This document shows positions 1 to 8,518 of a stretch of 17,513 nucleotides of DNA, in pieces (positions within the stretch are counted from its first letter, which is position 1; each line of letters starts with the position of its first letter). The translations under genes and the position numbers were made by a program. The notes beneath the pieces were generated by a model. It was given only the letters and a program-made list of their open reading frames with translations, had not been told where the DNA came from and did no database searches. This DNA comes from Minisyncoccia bacterium. GTDB lineage: Bacteria > Patescibacteriota > Minisyncoccia > Phycocordibacterales > UBA918. The stretch covers positions 1-17,513 of the forward strand of contig CAXRCZ010000003.1 of the NCBI GenBank assembly GCA_964229335.1. The letters run 5' to 3'.

Positions 1-1451
1 CCCCAACCGCCAACCTCACCATCAACGGCAGTGACGGCCCTCTCACCGTTACCAAAAACAGCCCCCTTAACATAGCTTGGACTTCGACCAATGCTGGATA
101 CTGTACTCTATACGGACCTGATATATTCGGGGGATATGTGACATCACCGGGCAGCCAATCAGTGGCAGCCAGCGGTTCTGGCGACTACATCCTCTCTTGC
201 AGCGGTGCTACCGACGTTGTTTCTGTCACGGTCCAAAACCAACCACCAAATCCACCAACCATCACCGGACCAACCAGTGCCACTGCTGGAGTCAACAACA
301 CCTTTAGCTTCACCGCTACCGATCCAGACAATGACTGGATATACTACGAAATCGATTGGGACAACAACGGTACGGTTGATGTATCAACTCCCGGTTCAAG
401 CTACGTCAATTCTGGCACCACCCTCTACGGCAATCGCTCATGGACTAGCGGTGGTTCGTATACATTCAAAGCTCGCACCGTCGACTATGACAACGCTCGC
501 TCAGGTTGGGCTACTCATACCATCAGCATCACCTCAATCCCACCAACCGCCATTCTCGAAGCTTCTATCAACGGCGGAAGCTGGCAAAGCACCAACCAAA
601 CCATCAACCCAGGCGACAGTGTGACACTACGCTGGAGCAGCACCGACGCCACCACTTGTACCGGCAGCGGCAGCGGCTTTAACTCTGGTGGAGCCACGAG
701 TGGTTCTGATGCGGTCTCCACTCCAACCCCAAACACCAGTACCACCTTCACTATTAGTTGTTCTGGCTATGGCGGCAACGGCAGCGACAACATCACCATC
801 ACTACTCGCCAAAAACCAAACTTTACTCAACCAAGTATTACCGCTAGTGCTTCAGGTTCCTTTAATCCAACTACCGGAGTATACGACTCCGCTACCATCA
901 CCTTTAGTACGAACAATGATGGCGGCAGTGCTACCCAAGTCAACGCTGCCTACCAAGTTCAATTCGACCGCGGCAGCAATGGCTACGATGAAACCCAAAG
1001 TGGTACTCTCGGCACTCTCGGGGTTAGTCAATCAGTCACTCGCAGTCATTCATTCAGCAATATTCCATTTGGTGATTCGCAAGTTCGCGTGACGGTTGAT
1101 AGTGGAAACAATGTCGACGAGACTAACGAAAATGACAACGTCCGCACCCTCGACCTCGACACGTATCTTCCGCCACCAGACCCTGGCCTTTCCATCACCG
1201 CCAGCAAGAACCCTGTTCGCCCAGGTGAACGAGTGACCCTCACTTGGACCTCAGAAACCAGCTATCCAATGAACTGCGAAGTCCGTGGGCCAGCCGTCAA
1301 CGTCACCCCGTCTGGTCTTAACGGCTCTACCCAAAGTGGCGCCATCAACGCCAAGAGCACCTACACCTTCACTTGTGTGGAGCCAACCACTGGCACCACT
1401 TTTGAAGACAGTGTGACCGTGGAGACAGTGGGTACCGTGGAAGAAATTTAA
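1..1451 (+). CDS. Large Thr/Ser/Gly-rich cell-surface protein with Ig-like, PKD-like and CARDB-like modules (5'-partial; start lies outside the window)
   Basis: The frame of ORF 138..1451 is open from position 3 (PTANLTINGSDGPLTVTKNSPLNIAWTSTNAGYC...), so GTG 138 is not the start. Contains a PKD-like segment (ATDPDNDWIYYEIDWDNNG...GSYTFKARTVD), a CARDB-like motif (VRVTVDSGNNVDETNENDN) and three W-x-S...C...C modules. Confidence 0.85.
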   Translation, partial: PTANLTINGSDGPLTVTKNSPLNIAWTSTNAGYCTLYGPDIFGGYVTSPGSQSVAASGSGDYILSCSGATDVVSVTVQNQPPNPPTITGPTSATAGVNNTFSFTATDPDNDWIYYEIDWDNNGTVDVSTPGSSYVNSGTTLYGNRSWTSGGSYTFKARTVDYDNARSGWATHTISITSIPPTAILEASINGGSWQSTNQTINPGDSVTLRWSSTDATTCTGSGSGFNSGGATSGSDAVSTPTPNTSTTFTISCSGYGGNGSDNITITTRQKPNFTQPSITASASGSFNPTTGVYDSATITFSTNNDGGSATQVNAAYQVQFDRGSNGYDETQSGTLGTLGVSQSVTRSHSFSNIPFGDSQVRVTVDSGNNVDETNENDNVRTLDLDTYLPPPDPGLSITASKNPVRPGERVTLTWTSETSYPMNCEVRGPAVNVTPSGLNGSTQSGAINAKSTYTFTCVEPTTGTTFEDSVTVETVGTVEEI

Positions 1452-1473
1452 TCCTCACTCACAGAACAGAAGC

Positions 1474-1500
1474 AAAAAACCACCGGAGGGGTGGTTTTTT
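1474..1500 (+). terminator. Intrinsic terminator, possibly bidirectional
   Basis: AAAAAA-CCACC-ggagg-GGTGG-TTTTTT, beginning about 20 nt after the TAA at 1449-1451. Confidence 0.8.
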
Positions 1501-1503
1501 GGA

Positions 1504-1512
1504 TGGTACAAT
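1504..1512 (+). promoter_or_regulatory. Extended -10 promoter, probably giving a leaderless transcript
   Basis: TGGTACAAT followed by 7 nt and then ATG 1520; no SD. Confidence 0.6.
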
Positions 1513-1519
1513 GGTTAGC

Positions 1520-2905
1520 ATGAAGAAGTTTCGTTGGTGGGCATTTTGGCGACGGCTGCAGTATGGAGCTATTTTTGTTATTTTCCTAGCCTTGATTGGG
1601 TGGGGTGGTTGGGAATTATTTACTCCTACCGTATACGATTGTTTTGATGGTATTCAAAACGGAGAAGAAGAGGGAATAGACTGTAATGGAAACTGCGTTC
1701 GTATTTGTGCCAGCACAGTAATTCCACCGACTGTGTTGTGGGCGGAGAGTTTTTCCATTAGAGAAGGGCAATACAATGCGGTAGGATATGTTGAGAATCG
1801 CAACGATATCGCTGGGAGCGAAGCACTCGCCTTTACCTTTGAATTTTATGCCGGCGAACGACTGATTGACACCTATGAAGGTGAAACAGTATTACCGCCA
1901 AATAGTATATACCCAATATTTGTAGGCAGAATAGAAACTCCAGAAGAAATTACCTCAACCCGGTTGCGTCTTCAAGACAATATTGTCTGGCAACCAGCTT
2001 CAGCTGGTCGTACACAATTTAGAACTGCCTCTATCTCGCTTCTACGAGCTGACAGTCAGCCGCGTTTAGAAGTAACACTCGAAAATACCGCCGTGACTAA
2101 GGCTGAAGATATTGAAGTAGTAGCTACACTCTTCAGTGCCAATGGAGACCCGTTGACAGCTTCACAAACATTCATCGAAGCAGTAGAAGGAAGAGAGCAA
2201 GCCGATCTCGTCTTTACATGGCCAAACTCTATAGCCACGACTATTAGGAGTTGTATGATTCCAACTGATGTGGCGCTCGCAATCGATCTCTCGGGCAGTA
2301 TGAACGATGATGGTGGTATGCCACCGCAACCAATTAGCGATGTAGTCTCTGCTGCCAGTACATTTGTCAACGAGCTAAGTAGTCAAGACCAAGTCAGTGT
2401 TATAACTTTTGCGAGTGAGGCAGCTACCCGAGCACAGCTTTCTTCAGCTCAGAGTGAAACCGCAGCCTTGGTTTCAAATTTGTCCATTCCCGCCCAAAAT
2501 GAAAGCGGCTTCACTAACACCGCTGCGGCAATTATAGCCGCCCAAACTGAACTGGCTTCAACTCGACATAATGAAGACGCTCGACGGGTACTTATTTTGC
2601 TTACTGATGGTCAACCGACTAGTCCAGAGGGTGATGAAATAGCCCGAGAAGATGCAGTTAGAGCTGCCGCCTCACTCAGAGAAAGTGGCGCCACAGTGTA
2701 CGCGATTGGACTGGGAGACAATGTAAACAGAACGTTTATCGAAGCTATCGCAGGAGATGGAGAAACTGCTTTTTTGGCTCCCGATAGGACCGCAGTAGCG
2801 GGTATTTATCAAGCCATCACTAGCTCACTATGTGAATCTGGAGCAACTCGAATTGAAGTAATTGCCAAGACAAAAACCAATTTTGTACCCCTCACGTCTA
2901 ACTAG
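1520..2905 (+). CDS. Membrane-anchored von Willebrand factor A (VWA) domain protein
   Basis: N-terminal basic stretch plus TM helix; Cys motif CFDGIQNGEEEGIDCNGNCVRIC; beta-rich Ig-like segments; VWA MIDAS motif DLSGS, T (GFTNT) and LLTDG. ATG 1520 preferred over TTG 1499, which lies inside the terminator U-tract. Confidence 0.85.
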   Translation: MKKFRWWAFWRRLQYGAIFVIFLALIGWGGWELFTPTVYDCFDGIQNGEEEGIDCNGNCVRICASTVIPPTVLWAESFSIREGQYNAVGYVENRNDIAGSEALAFTFEFYAGERLIDTYEGETVLPPNSIYPIFVGRIETPEEITSTRLRLQDNIVWQPASAGRTQFRTASISLLRADSQPRLEVTLENTAVTKAEDIEVVATLFSANGDPLTASQTFIEAVEGREQADLVFTWPNSIATTIRSCMIPTDVALAIDLSGSMNDDGGMPPQPISDVVSAASTFVNELSSQDQVSVITFASEAATRAQLSSAQSETAALVSNLSIPAQNESGFTNTAAAIIAAQTELASTRHNEDARRVLILLTDGQPTSPEGDEIAREDAVRAAASLRESGATVYAIGLGDNVNRTFIEAIAGDGETAFLAPDRTAVAGIYQAITSSLCESGATRIEVIAKTKTNFVPLTSN

Positions 2906-2946
2906 TAGAAATTAGCATTCTAGACCGACTGCAGTACAATGTCTGT

Positions 2947-4065
2947 ATGTTTCGACTACGGACACTATTTGCCGGTTTTGATATCAAACTTTTTTTGCCG
3001 GTCATGGCGTTATCTTTGATGGGGTTGGTGACGATGTATTCACATGTTGGTGACAATACTTTTTTTAACCGACAGCTTTTCTGGCTTCTGCTGTCCGTAG
3101 TGATTATGTTTCTGGCTATTATTCCGGACTATCGTTTTTTACGCACTGGTAATATCGTCTTCTTTTTTTATATTGCAATCGTAGCGGCACTCTTTTTGGT
3201 GTTGATTGTCGGTGAAGTTACTTTGGGTGCCCAAAGTCGATTTGATTTTGGAATCTTTTCGGTACAACCAGCAGACCCGGCAAAGCTGGTTTTGATTTTA
3301 GTCCTAGCTAAATACTTTGCTAAACGCCACCAAGAAATTAGCTATTTTAAACACATTCTTATCTCTGGGGCGTATGCAGCAGTTGTTTTTGGGCTGGTAT
3401 TTATCCAACCAGACTTCGGCTCGGCAGTAATTTTGTTTTTGGTCTGGCTAGGAATGGTGTTAGTTTCTGGTATTAAAGTTCGGCACTTGATGACCGTATT
3501 TTTACTTGGGACAGTAGCGTTTGTGGCGATGTGGCAGTTCGTCTTTTTTGATTATCAAAAAGAGCGAATCATGACCTTTGTTAACCCACTCGAAGACATT
3601 CAAGGGGCTGGTTACAACGCCTATCAATCAACGGTGGCTATTGGTTCTGGAGGCTTGTTTGGAAAAGGTATCGGATATGGCACTCAATCAAAGTTTTTAT
3701 TTTTACCAGAATATGAGACAGACTTTATTTTTGCTGCGTTTGCTGAGGAGTGGGGACTGGTCGGCGTGCTCCTTTTGTTTAGCTCTTTTGGAGTAGTGAT
3801 TTGGCGATTGCTGACATTTGCTGCCACTGGCGCTAGTAATTTCGAGAGATTATTTACAGTCGGAGTAGCCACGCTTCTGACAGCGCACTTTTTTGTGCAC
3901 ATAGGAATGAATATAGGACTGTTGCCGGTGACAGGTACTACTATCCCATTTTTAAGTTATGGTGGCTCACATCTCTTAACTGAATTCATTGCCATTGGTA
4001 TGGTGATGGGTATGAGACGTTATACCACCAAAGTCGAATCACAATTGACTACACTAGATGAGTAG
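2947..4065 (+). CDS. rodA: Rod shape-determining protein RodA (SEDS family peptidoglycan glycosyltransferase)
   Basis: Multi-pass membrane protein with GAQSRF, SVQPADPAK, QPDFGSA, GYNAYQSTVAIGSGG, FLPEYETDFIF, AEEWG and LPVTGTTIPFLSYGGS motifs; YQKERIMTF is more RodA-like than FtsW-like. Confidence 0.88.
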   Translation: MFRLRTLFAGFDIKLFLPVMALSLMGLVTMYSHVGDNTFFNRQLFWLLLSVVIMFLAIIPDYRFLRTGNIVFFFYIAIVAALFLVLIVGEVTLGAQSRFDFGIFSVQPADPAKLVLILVLAKYFAKRHQEISYFKHILISGAYAAVVFGLVFIQPDFGSAVILFLVWLGMVLVSGIKVRHLMTVFLLGTVAFVAMWQFVFFDYQKERIMTFVNPLEDIQGAGYNAYQSTVAIGSGGLFGKGIGYGTQSKFLFLPEYETDFIFAAFAEEWGLVGVLLLFSSFGVVIWRLLTFAATGASNFERLFTVGVATLLTAHFFVHIGMNIGLLPVTGTTIPFLSYGGSHLLTEFIAIGMVMGMRRYTTKVESQLTTLDE

Positions 4066-5189
4066 CATCGAAATGTTTGTGACTGCATTTTCTCAATAGA
4101 AAAATTATTCACTACTTTAGTTTGTAGGCTGTGACCTAGTCGTTGACGCATCCCATTATCTCGAATGAGCATTTGTAAAGTCACTGTGAGCACCCTACTT
4201 TCAGGGGGAATTAAAATACCATCTTCGCCAGTTTCAATCAGGCTTTGTAGCCCAGGCAAGTCACTGGCTACCACTGGTAAAGCAGCTGCACCAGCTTCGA
4301 GTATCACGTAAGGCAAACCTTCCTTGACCGAAGGTAATATAAAAACATCAAAGGCTTTTAGATACCGCGGCACAGCGTCAATATAGCCCAACAAGTGGAC
4401 TCGCTCACTGACTCCTAGTTTTTTAGCTAGCAAATCTAGCTGTTCATACTCTTCTCCTTCACCAGCAATAAACAGCTGAACAGTTGGAGGGAGTTGTGTG
4501 AGTGCGTGAATCGCCGCCTGCCAGTTTTTGTTTGGGTGGAGTTCTCCGATACCACCAACCCAAAAGCTTTTTTGATCGGTATGGGGGGATAATTTTTTGC
4601 GAGCTTCTTCACGCTCAAAAAAATTAATTGGCGCAATACCGTTAGCTACCACGACAACTTTTTTGCTCAGCAATGGTAATGAAGTCAGTCGTTCTTTATC
4701 TTGTTCACTCAATACTATGGTGGTGTGTGAAAGAAAAACAGTCCACCAGGTCAACAGGGTGATACACCAGCGCTGCCACCACGGCCGCCACGTCTCATCT
4801 ATTGTGAGTCCATGCGAAGTAAAGACTACTCTCTCTATTCCCAACATTCTTCCTGCTAGCACGCCTATACCTCCAGCTTTCGAGCTAGAAAGATGCAATG
4901 TTGTTGGTCGGACTTGTTTAATTAGGTTATAGACTTCAAAAAAGGCTTTGATGTCGCGGACCAGTGACATGTCACGCATAAAATTTCTTATGTACACAGT
5001 TGCTATCTGTCCTTGGTGTAGTCGTTCTAACAACGCGCCACTTTTGGCTGATTTTTGACCAGTGCCTCCAGCGGCCACTACTACCTCCGCGCCTCGCTGC
5101 TTGGCTGCCATCGCTAAATCATACACATATTTTTGCGCTCCACCGAAATTACTTTTAGTTATTAGATAAAGAATTTTTTCACCATCCAT
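4020..5189 (-). CDS. Glycosyltransferase family 4 (GT-B)
   Basis: N-terminal KILYLITKSNFGGAQKYV; HLSSSKAG; C-terminal DVFILPSVKEGLPYVILEA (EX7E motif). Confidence 0.92.
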   Translation of the reverse strand: MDGEKILYLITKSNFGGAQKYVYDLAMAAKQRGAEVVVAAGGTGQKSAKSGALLERLHQGQIATVYIRNFMRDMSLVRDIKAFFEVYNLIKQVRPTTLHLSSSKAGGIGVLAGRMLGIERVVFTSHGLTIDETWRPWWQRWCITLLTWWTVFLSHTTIVLSEQDKERLTSLPLLSKKVVVVANGIAPINFFEREEARKKLSPHTDQKSFWVGGIGELHPNKNWQAAIHALTQLPPTVQLFIAGEGEEYEQLDLLAKKLGVSERVHLLGYIDAVPRYLKAFDVFILPSVKEGLPYVILEAGAAALPVVASDLPGLQSLIETGEDGILIPPESRVLTVTLQMLIRDNGMRQRLGHSLQTKVVNNFSIEKMQSQTFRCYSSSVVNCDSTLVV

Positions 5190-5310
5190 GTCTGTAGCAT
5201 ACGGTTTGGTGACAGAATAGTCTAGGAAGCATACTAGTTAGAAAACTTTACACAAATAGAATTACTTGCGTAATAAAAAAACTCCAGTAGGATGGATTGC
5301 AATATTTAGT

Positions 5311-6663
5311 ATGGGAGAGAGAACCAGAGAACTACTACTTTTGATTATTGGCGACATTATAATTTTCAATGTCGCCTTATTAGTGACTCTGACTGTTCGG
5401 TATTTAGAGATTCCTACTACCGAACTATTACAAGCACACGTTCCACCGTTCATTGCGTTTTCAGCAGTCTGGTTGCTGGTATTTTTTATTCTCGGTCTTT
5501 ATGACAAGCATACTAATATGCTCAAACGGTTGATGGTTACGCGTATCATCTACGCTCAAATCCTGAACGTATTGTTGGCCGCGGTGCTATTTTTCAGTTT
5601 TCCATTTGGCATTACTCCTAAGACAAACTTGGTAATTTACTTACTAGTATCCAGTGCATTATTGACTTGGTGGCGTCTATACATCTTTCCTAAGTTATCA
5701 CCCAAACAAAGACACAAAGCTATCTTGTTAGCAAATGGCCCCGAAGCCATTGAACTAGCAGACGAAATCAACAACAACGATCGCTATAATTATTACTTTG
5801 TACGAATTCTTGATGATGAGGCGATTGCCGCTACACCGGATTTTGAGAACCGCATTTTGGGTCTAATGCAGCGAGAAGGAATTGAAATAATCGTGGCTGA
5901 CCCTAGAGGTGGAGCAGTTAAATCTTTTTTACCGGTATTGTTTAATCTTTCATTTCTTAGTTTTGCTTTTACGTTTCTAGATTTCAATCGTCTGTACGAG
6001 GATACTTTCGACCGGGTGCCGGTTGGAATGATTCAATATGAGTGGTTCATTGATAACATCTCTCAGTCTAAGAGTGCGGTATATGATGTCGTAAAAAGAA
6101 TCATCGACATTGTTGGCGCAGTTGTACTACTAATTCCTACTGCAATCCTGTTTCCATTTATTGCTATTGCTATCAAGCTCGATGACCACGGATCATTGTT
6201 CTACAAAGCAGAACGAGTGGGTCAGCACAATCAACCCATTATGCTGTACAAGTTTCGCACCAAAAATGGTAGTGATGTTGGCGAAGCTGCTTTGACCAGT
6301 ACACTCAAAGATACACGCGTAGGAACATTTATGCGCAAAAGTCGAATTGATGAATTACCACAGCTGATTAACGTGTTGCGTGGAGACTTGTCGTTTATCG
6401 GGCCGCGACCAGAGATGCCTTCACTGGCAGCGGTATACGCTAAAGAAATTCCTTACTACAACACGCGTCATTTTATGAAGCCAGGCTTGTCAGGCTGGGC
6501 GCAGATTAATAATTTTGATGTACCTCGTGGGGGAGTTGATGTGCCACGCACGGTGGCAAAGTTGTCATACGATTTATATTATCTCGAGCGACGTTCTCTG
6601 CTACTGGATACCCAAATCATCTTGAAGACCATCGCCACTCTCCTTATGAGAACTGGTACGTAG
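5311..6663 (+). CDS. Polyprenyl-phosphate glycosylphosphotransferase (bacterial sugar transferase, WcaJ/CpsE-like)
   Basis: Four N-terminal TM helices, then KRIIDI, YKFRT, RIDELPQLINVLRGDLSFIGPRPE, KPGLSGWAQ and DLYY. ATG 5311 is preferred; TTG 5266 is possible. Confidence 0.92.
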   Translation: MGERTRELLLLIIGDIIIFNVALLVTLTVRYLEIPTTELLQAHVPPFIAFSAVWLLVFFILGLYDKHTNMLKRLMVTRIIYAQILNVLLAAVLFFSFPFGITPKTNLVIYLLVSSALLTWWRLYIFPKLSPKQRHKAILLANGPEAIELADEINNNDRYNYYFVRILDDEAIAATPDFENRILGLMQREGIEIIVADPRGGAVKSFLPVLFNLSFLSFAFTFLDFNRLYEDTFDRVPVGMIQYEWFIDNISQSKSAVYDVVKRIIDIVGAVVLLIPTAILFPFIAIAIKLDDHGSLFYKAERVGQHNQPIMLYKFRTKNGSDVGEAALTSTLKDTRVGTFMRKSRIDELPQLINVLRGDLSFIGPRPEMPSLAAVYAKEIPYYNTRHFMKPGLSGWAQINNFDVPRGGVDVPRTVAKLSYDLYYLERRSLLLDTQIILKTIATLLMRTGT

Positions 6664-6669
6664 TAGATT

Positions 6670-6678
6670 TGCTATACT
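6670..6678 (+). promoter_or_regulatory. Extended -10 promoter (leaderless)
   Basis: TGCTATACT, 6 nt, ATG 6685. Confidence 0.65.
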
Positions 6679-6684
6679 GCGTTA

Positions 6685-7593
6685 ATGTCTAAAAAATATA
6701 TTATAACTGGAGGTGCTGGATTTATTGGCTTAAATCTCACTGACTTTTTAATAAAAGAAGGTCATGAGGTGGTGGTAATAGACAATTTGGTCAGTGGTGA
6801 TAAAAGTAAACTTCCTGCTCAAGTAGAGTTTCATGAGACCGATGTCAGAGACAAAGATTCTCTGATTGAAATTTTTGCTGGTGCTGATTGCGCAGTGCAT
6901 TTAGCTGCGCTACCACGGGTTCAGTTTTCGATAGAACATCCAGACGAAACACATGATGTAAATGTCAACGGTACACTCACGGTGCTTGAAGCAGTGAAGG
7001 CGGCTGGGGTAAAGCGATTGGTGTTTGCCGCCTCAAGTTCAGCTTACGGTGACCAAGAAACACTACCACTTTCAACCTCACTGCCAGTGCAACCGAAATC
7101 TCCGTATGCGTTACACAAATATATCGGTGAAGAGTACCTGAAGCTCTGGCACATGTTATATAGTATTGAAACAGTCTCCCTCCGATTCTTCAATGTATAC
7201 GGCCCAAATTTAGATCCCGATGGCCCCTACGCGCTGGTAATCGGACGCTTTTTAAAGCAATTATCTGAAGGTAAAAAGTTAACAGTTACTGGTGATGGCG
7301 AGCAAACCAGAGACTTCACGCACGTAGATGATGTCGCCAACGCAATCCTAGCTGCCTCACAATCCGATAACGTAGGTAAAGGAGAAGTGTTAAATGTTGG
7401 GGCTGGTAGACAGACTTCCATTAATGATTTGGCAGCTCTACTAGGAGGCGAAATAGAGTATGTGCCGCCGCGTATCGAACCAAAGCATACCTTGGCAGAT
7501 ATCTCTGAAACTACTGAGTTATTGGACTGGAAACCAACCATTTCATTAGAGGAGGGGATTGCAGCGTTAAAAAAAGACTGGCAACTAAACTAG
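6685..7593 (+). CDS. NAD-dependent nucleotide-sugar epimerase/dehydratase (extended SDR, WbpP/GalE-like)
   Basis: TGGAGFIG Rossmann motif, SSSAYG, YALHK (YxxxK), RFFNVYGP, GDGEQTRDF. Confidence 0.93.
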   Translation: MSKKYIITGGAGFIGLNLTDFLIKEGHEVVVIDNLVSGDKSKLPAQVEFHETDVRDKDSLIEIFAGADCAVHLAALPRVQFSIEHPDETHDVNVNGTLTVLEAVKAAGVKRLVFAASSSAYGDQETLPLSTSLPVQPKSPYALHKYIGEEYLKLWHMLYSIETVSLRFFNVYGPNLDPDGPYALVIGRFLKQLSEGKKLTVTGDGEQTRDFTHVDDVANAILAASQSDNVGKGEVLNVGAGRQTSINDLAALLGGEIEYVPPRIEPKHTLADISETTELLDWKPTISLEEGIAALKKDWQLN

Positions 7594-7609
7594 TCACCAA
7601 TAGATTATT

Positions 7610-7618
7610 TGCTATACT
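7610..7618 (+). promoter_or_regulatory. Extended -10 promoter (leaderless)
   Basis: TGCTATACT, 6 nt, ATG 7625; identical to the motif before the epimerase. Confidence 0.65.
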
Positions 7619-7624
7619 CACTCG

Positions 7625-8416
7625 ATGTTAATTGATGGGAGAAAAATAGCTGCTGATATATACGAAGAAATAACCAGTGAGGTGCAAAAGCGTCCGAAGG
7701 CACCACACCTCACGGTGGTTACTTGTGCGCCAAATTTCGAAACCAGAAAGTATTTAGAACTCAAAAAAAGACACTCGCAGGAGGTGGGAATTACTTTAAA
7801 CATCATCGAACTTCCAGTTGAAGCTAGTACTTACGACGCAGTAACTTGTATCCAGACAATTTTGCCGTACACCGATGCTGTGGTGGTACAACTACCGTTA
7901 CCGTCACATATCGACCGAGAAGCAGTACTCGATAGCATCCCCCCAACCAAAGATCCAGACGTCTATTCCTATGAACCAAATCAACAAGAGTGTCTTCCTC
8001 CAGTAGTCGCCGCCATCGATGAAATGGCAGCACTGCATAACGTAGCGTTTTCAAAGAGCAAGGTGGTGGTGCTAGGTGCCGGGCGACTGGTAGGCGGTCC
8101 GGCAGCAAAGTATGCAAAAGCTGCCGGAGCAGAAGTTTAAGTTATTGATAAAGAGTCTACAGAAATCAGTGATCCACTAGTCGAAGCTGACATCATAATT
8201 ACTGGCATTGGACAACCAAATTACATCACGCCAGAAATGGTAAAAACAGGAGTAGTAGTATTTGACGCTGGTACTTCAGAAGACGGCGGAGCGCTAGTGG
8301 GAGATGTTCATGCAGCCGTCGCAGACAAAGCGGAACTCTTTACGCCAGTGCCAGGCGGAATCGGGCCAGTCACAGTGGCAACCTTGTTACGTAATGTGAT
8401 AGTTCTTACTCGCTAA
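7625..8416 (+). pseudogene. folD: Bifunctional methylenetetrahydrofolate dehydrogenase/cyclohydrolase with one in-frame TAA at 8138-8140 (pseudogene or sequencing error)
   Basis: N-terminal half has MLIDGRKIA, YLELK, VVQLPLP, KDPD, GRLVG. After the TAA the same frame continues VIDKES...ADIIITGIGQPNYITPEMVKTGVVVFDAGTSED...LVGDV...FTPVPGGIGPVTVATLLRNV to TAA 8414-8416 (264 codons in total including the final stop). Confidence 0.9.
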
Positions 8417-8443
8417 TATTGCTCATTATATATAGCAATATTA
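8414..8443. repeat. AT-rich inverted repeat after folD (possible terminator or protein-binding site)
   Basis: TAATATTGCT-cattatatat-AGCAATATTA, with perfect 10-bp arms. Confidence 0.5.
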
Positions 8444-8518
8444 TTACTACAGAAGAACAATCTGACTTGTGAAGAGTTTCTGATATAGGTAAAGCATGGT
8501 ATAACAAACGACATATTT

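Noticed and set aside
8138-8140. Alternative genetic code explaining the folD stop
   Set aside because: TAA terminates secF, pyrH and others here; the known CPR recoding involves TGA, and no gene in the window needs TGA readthrough.
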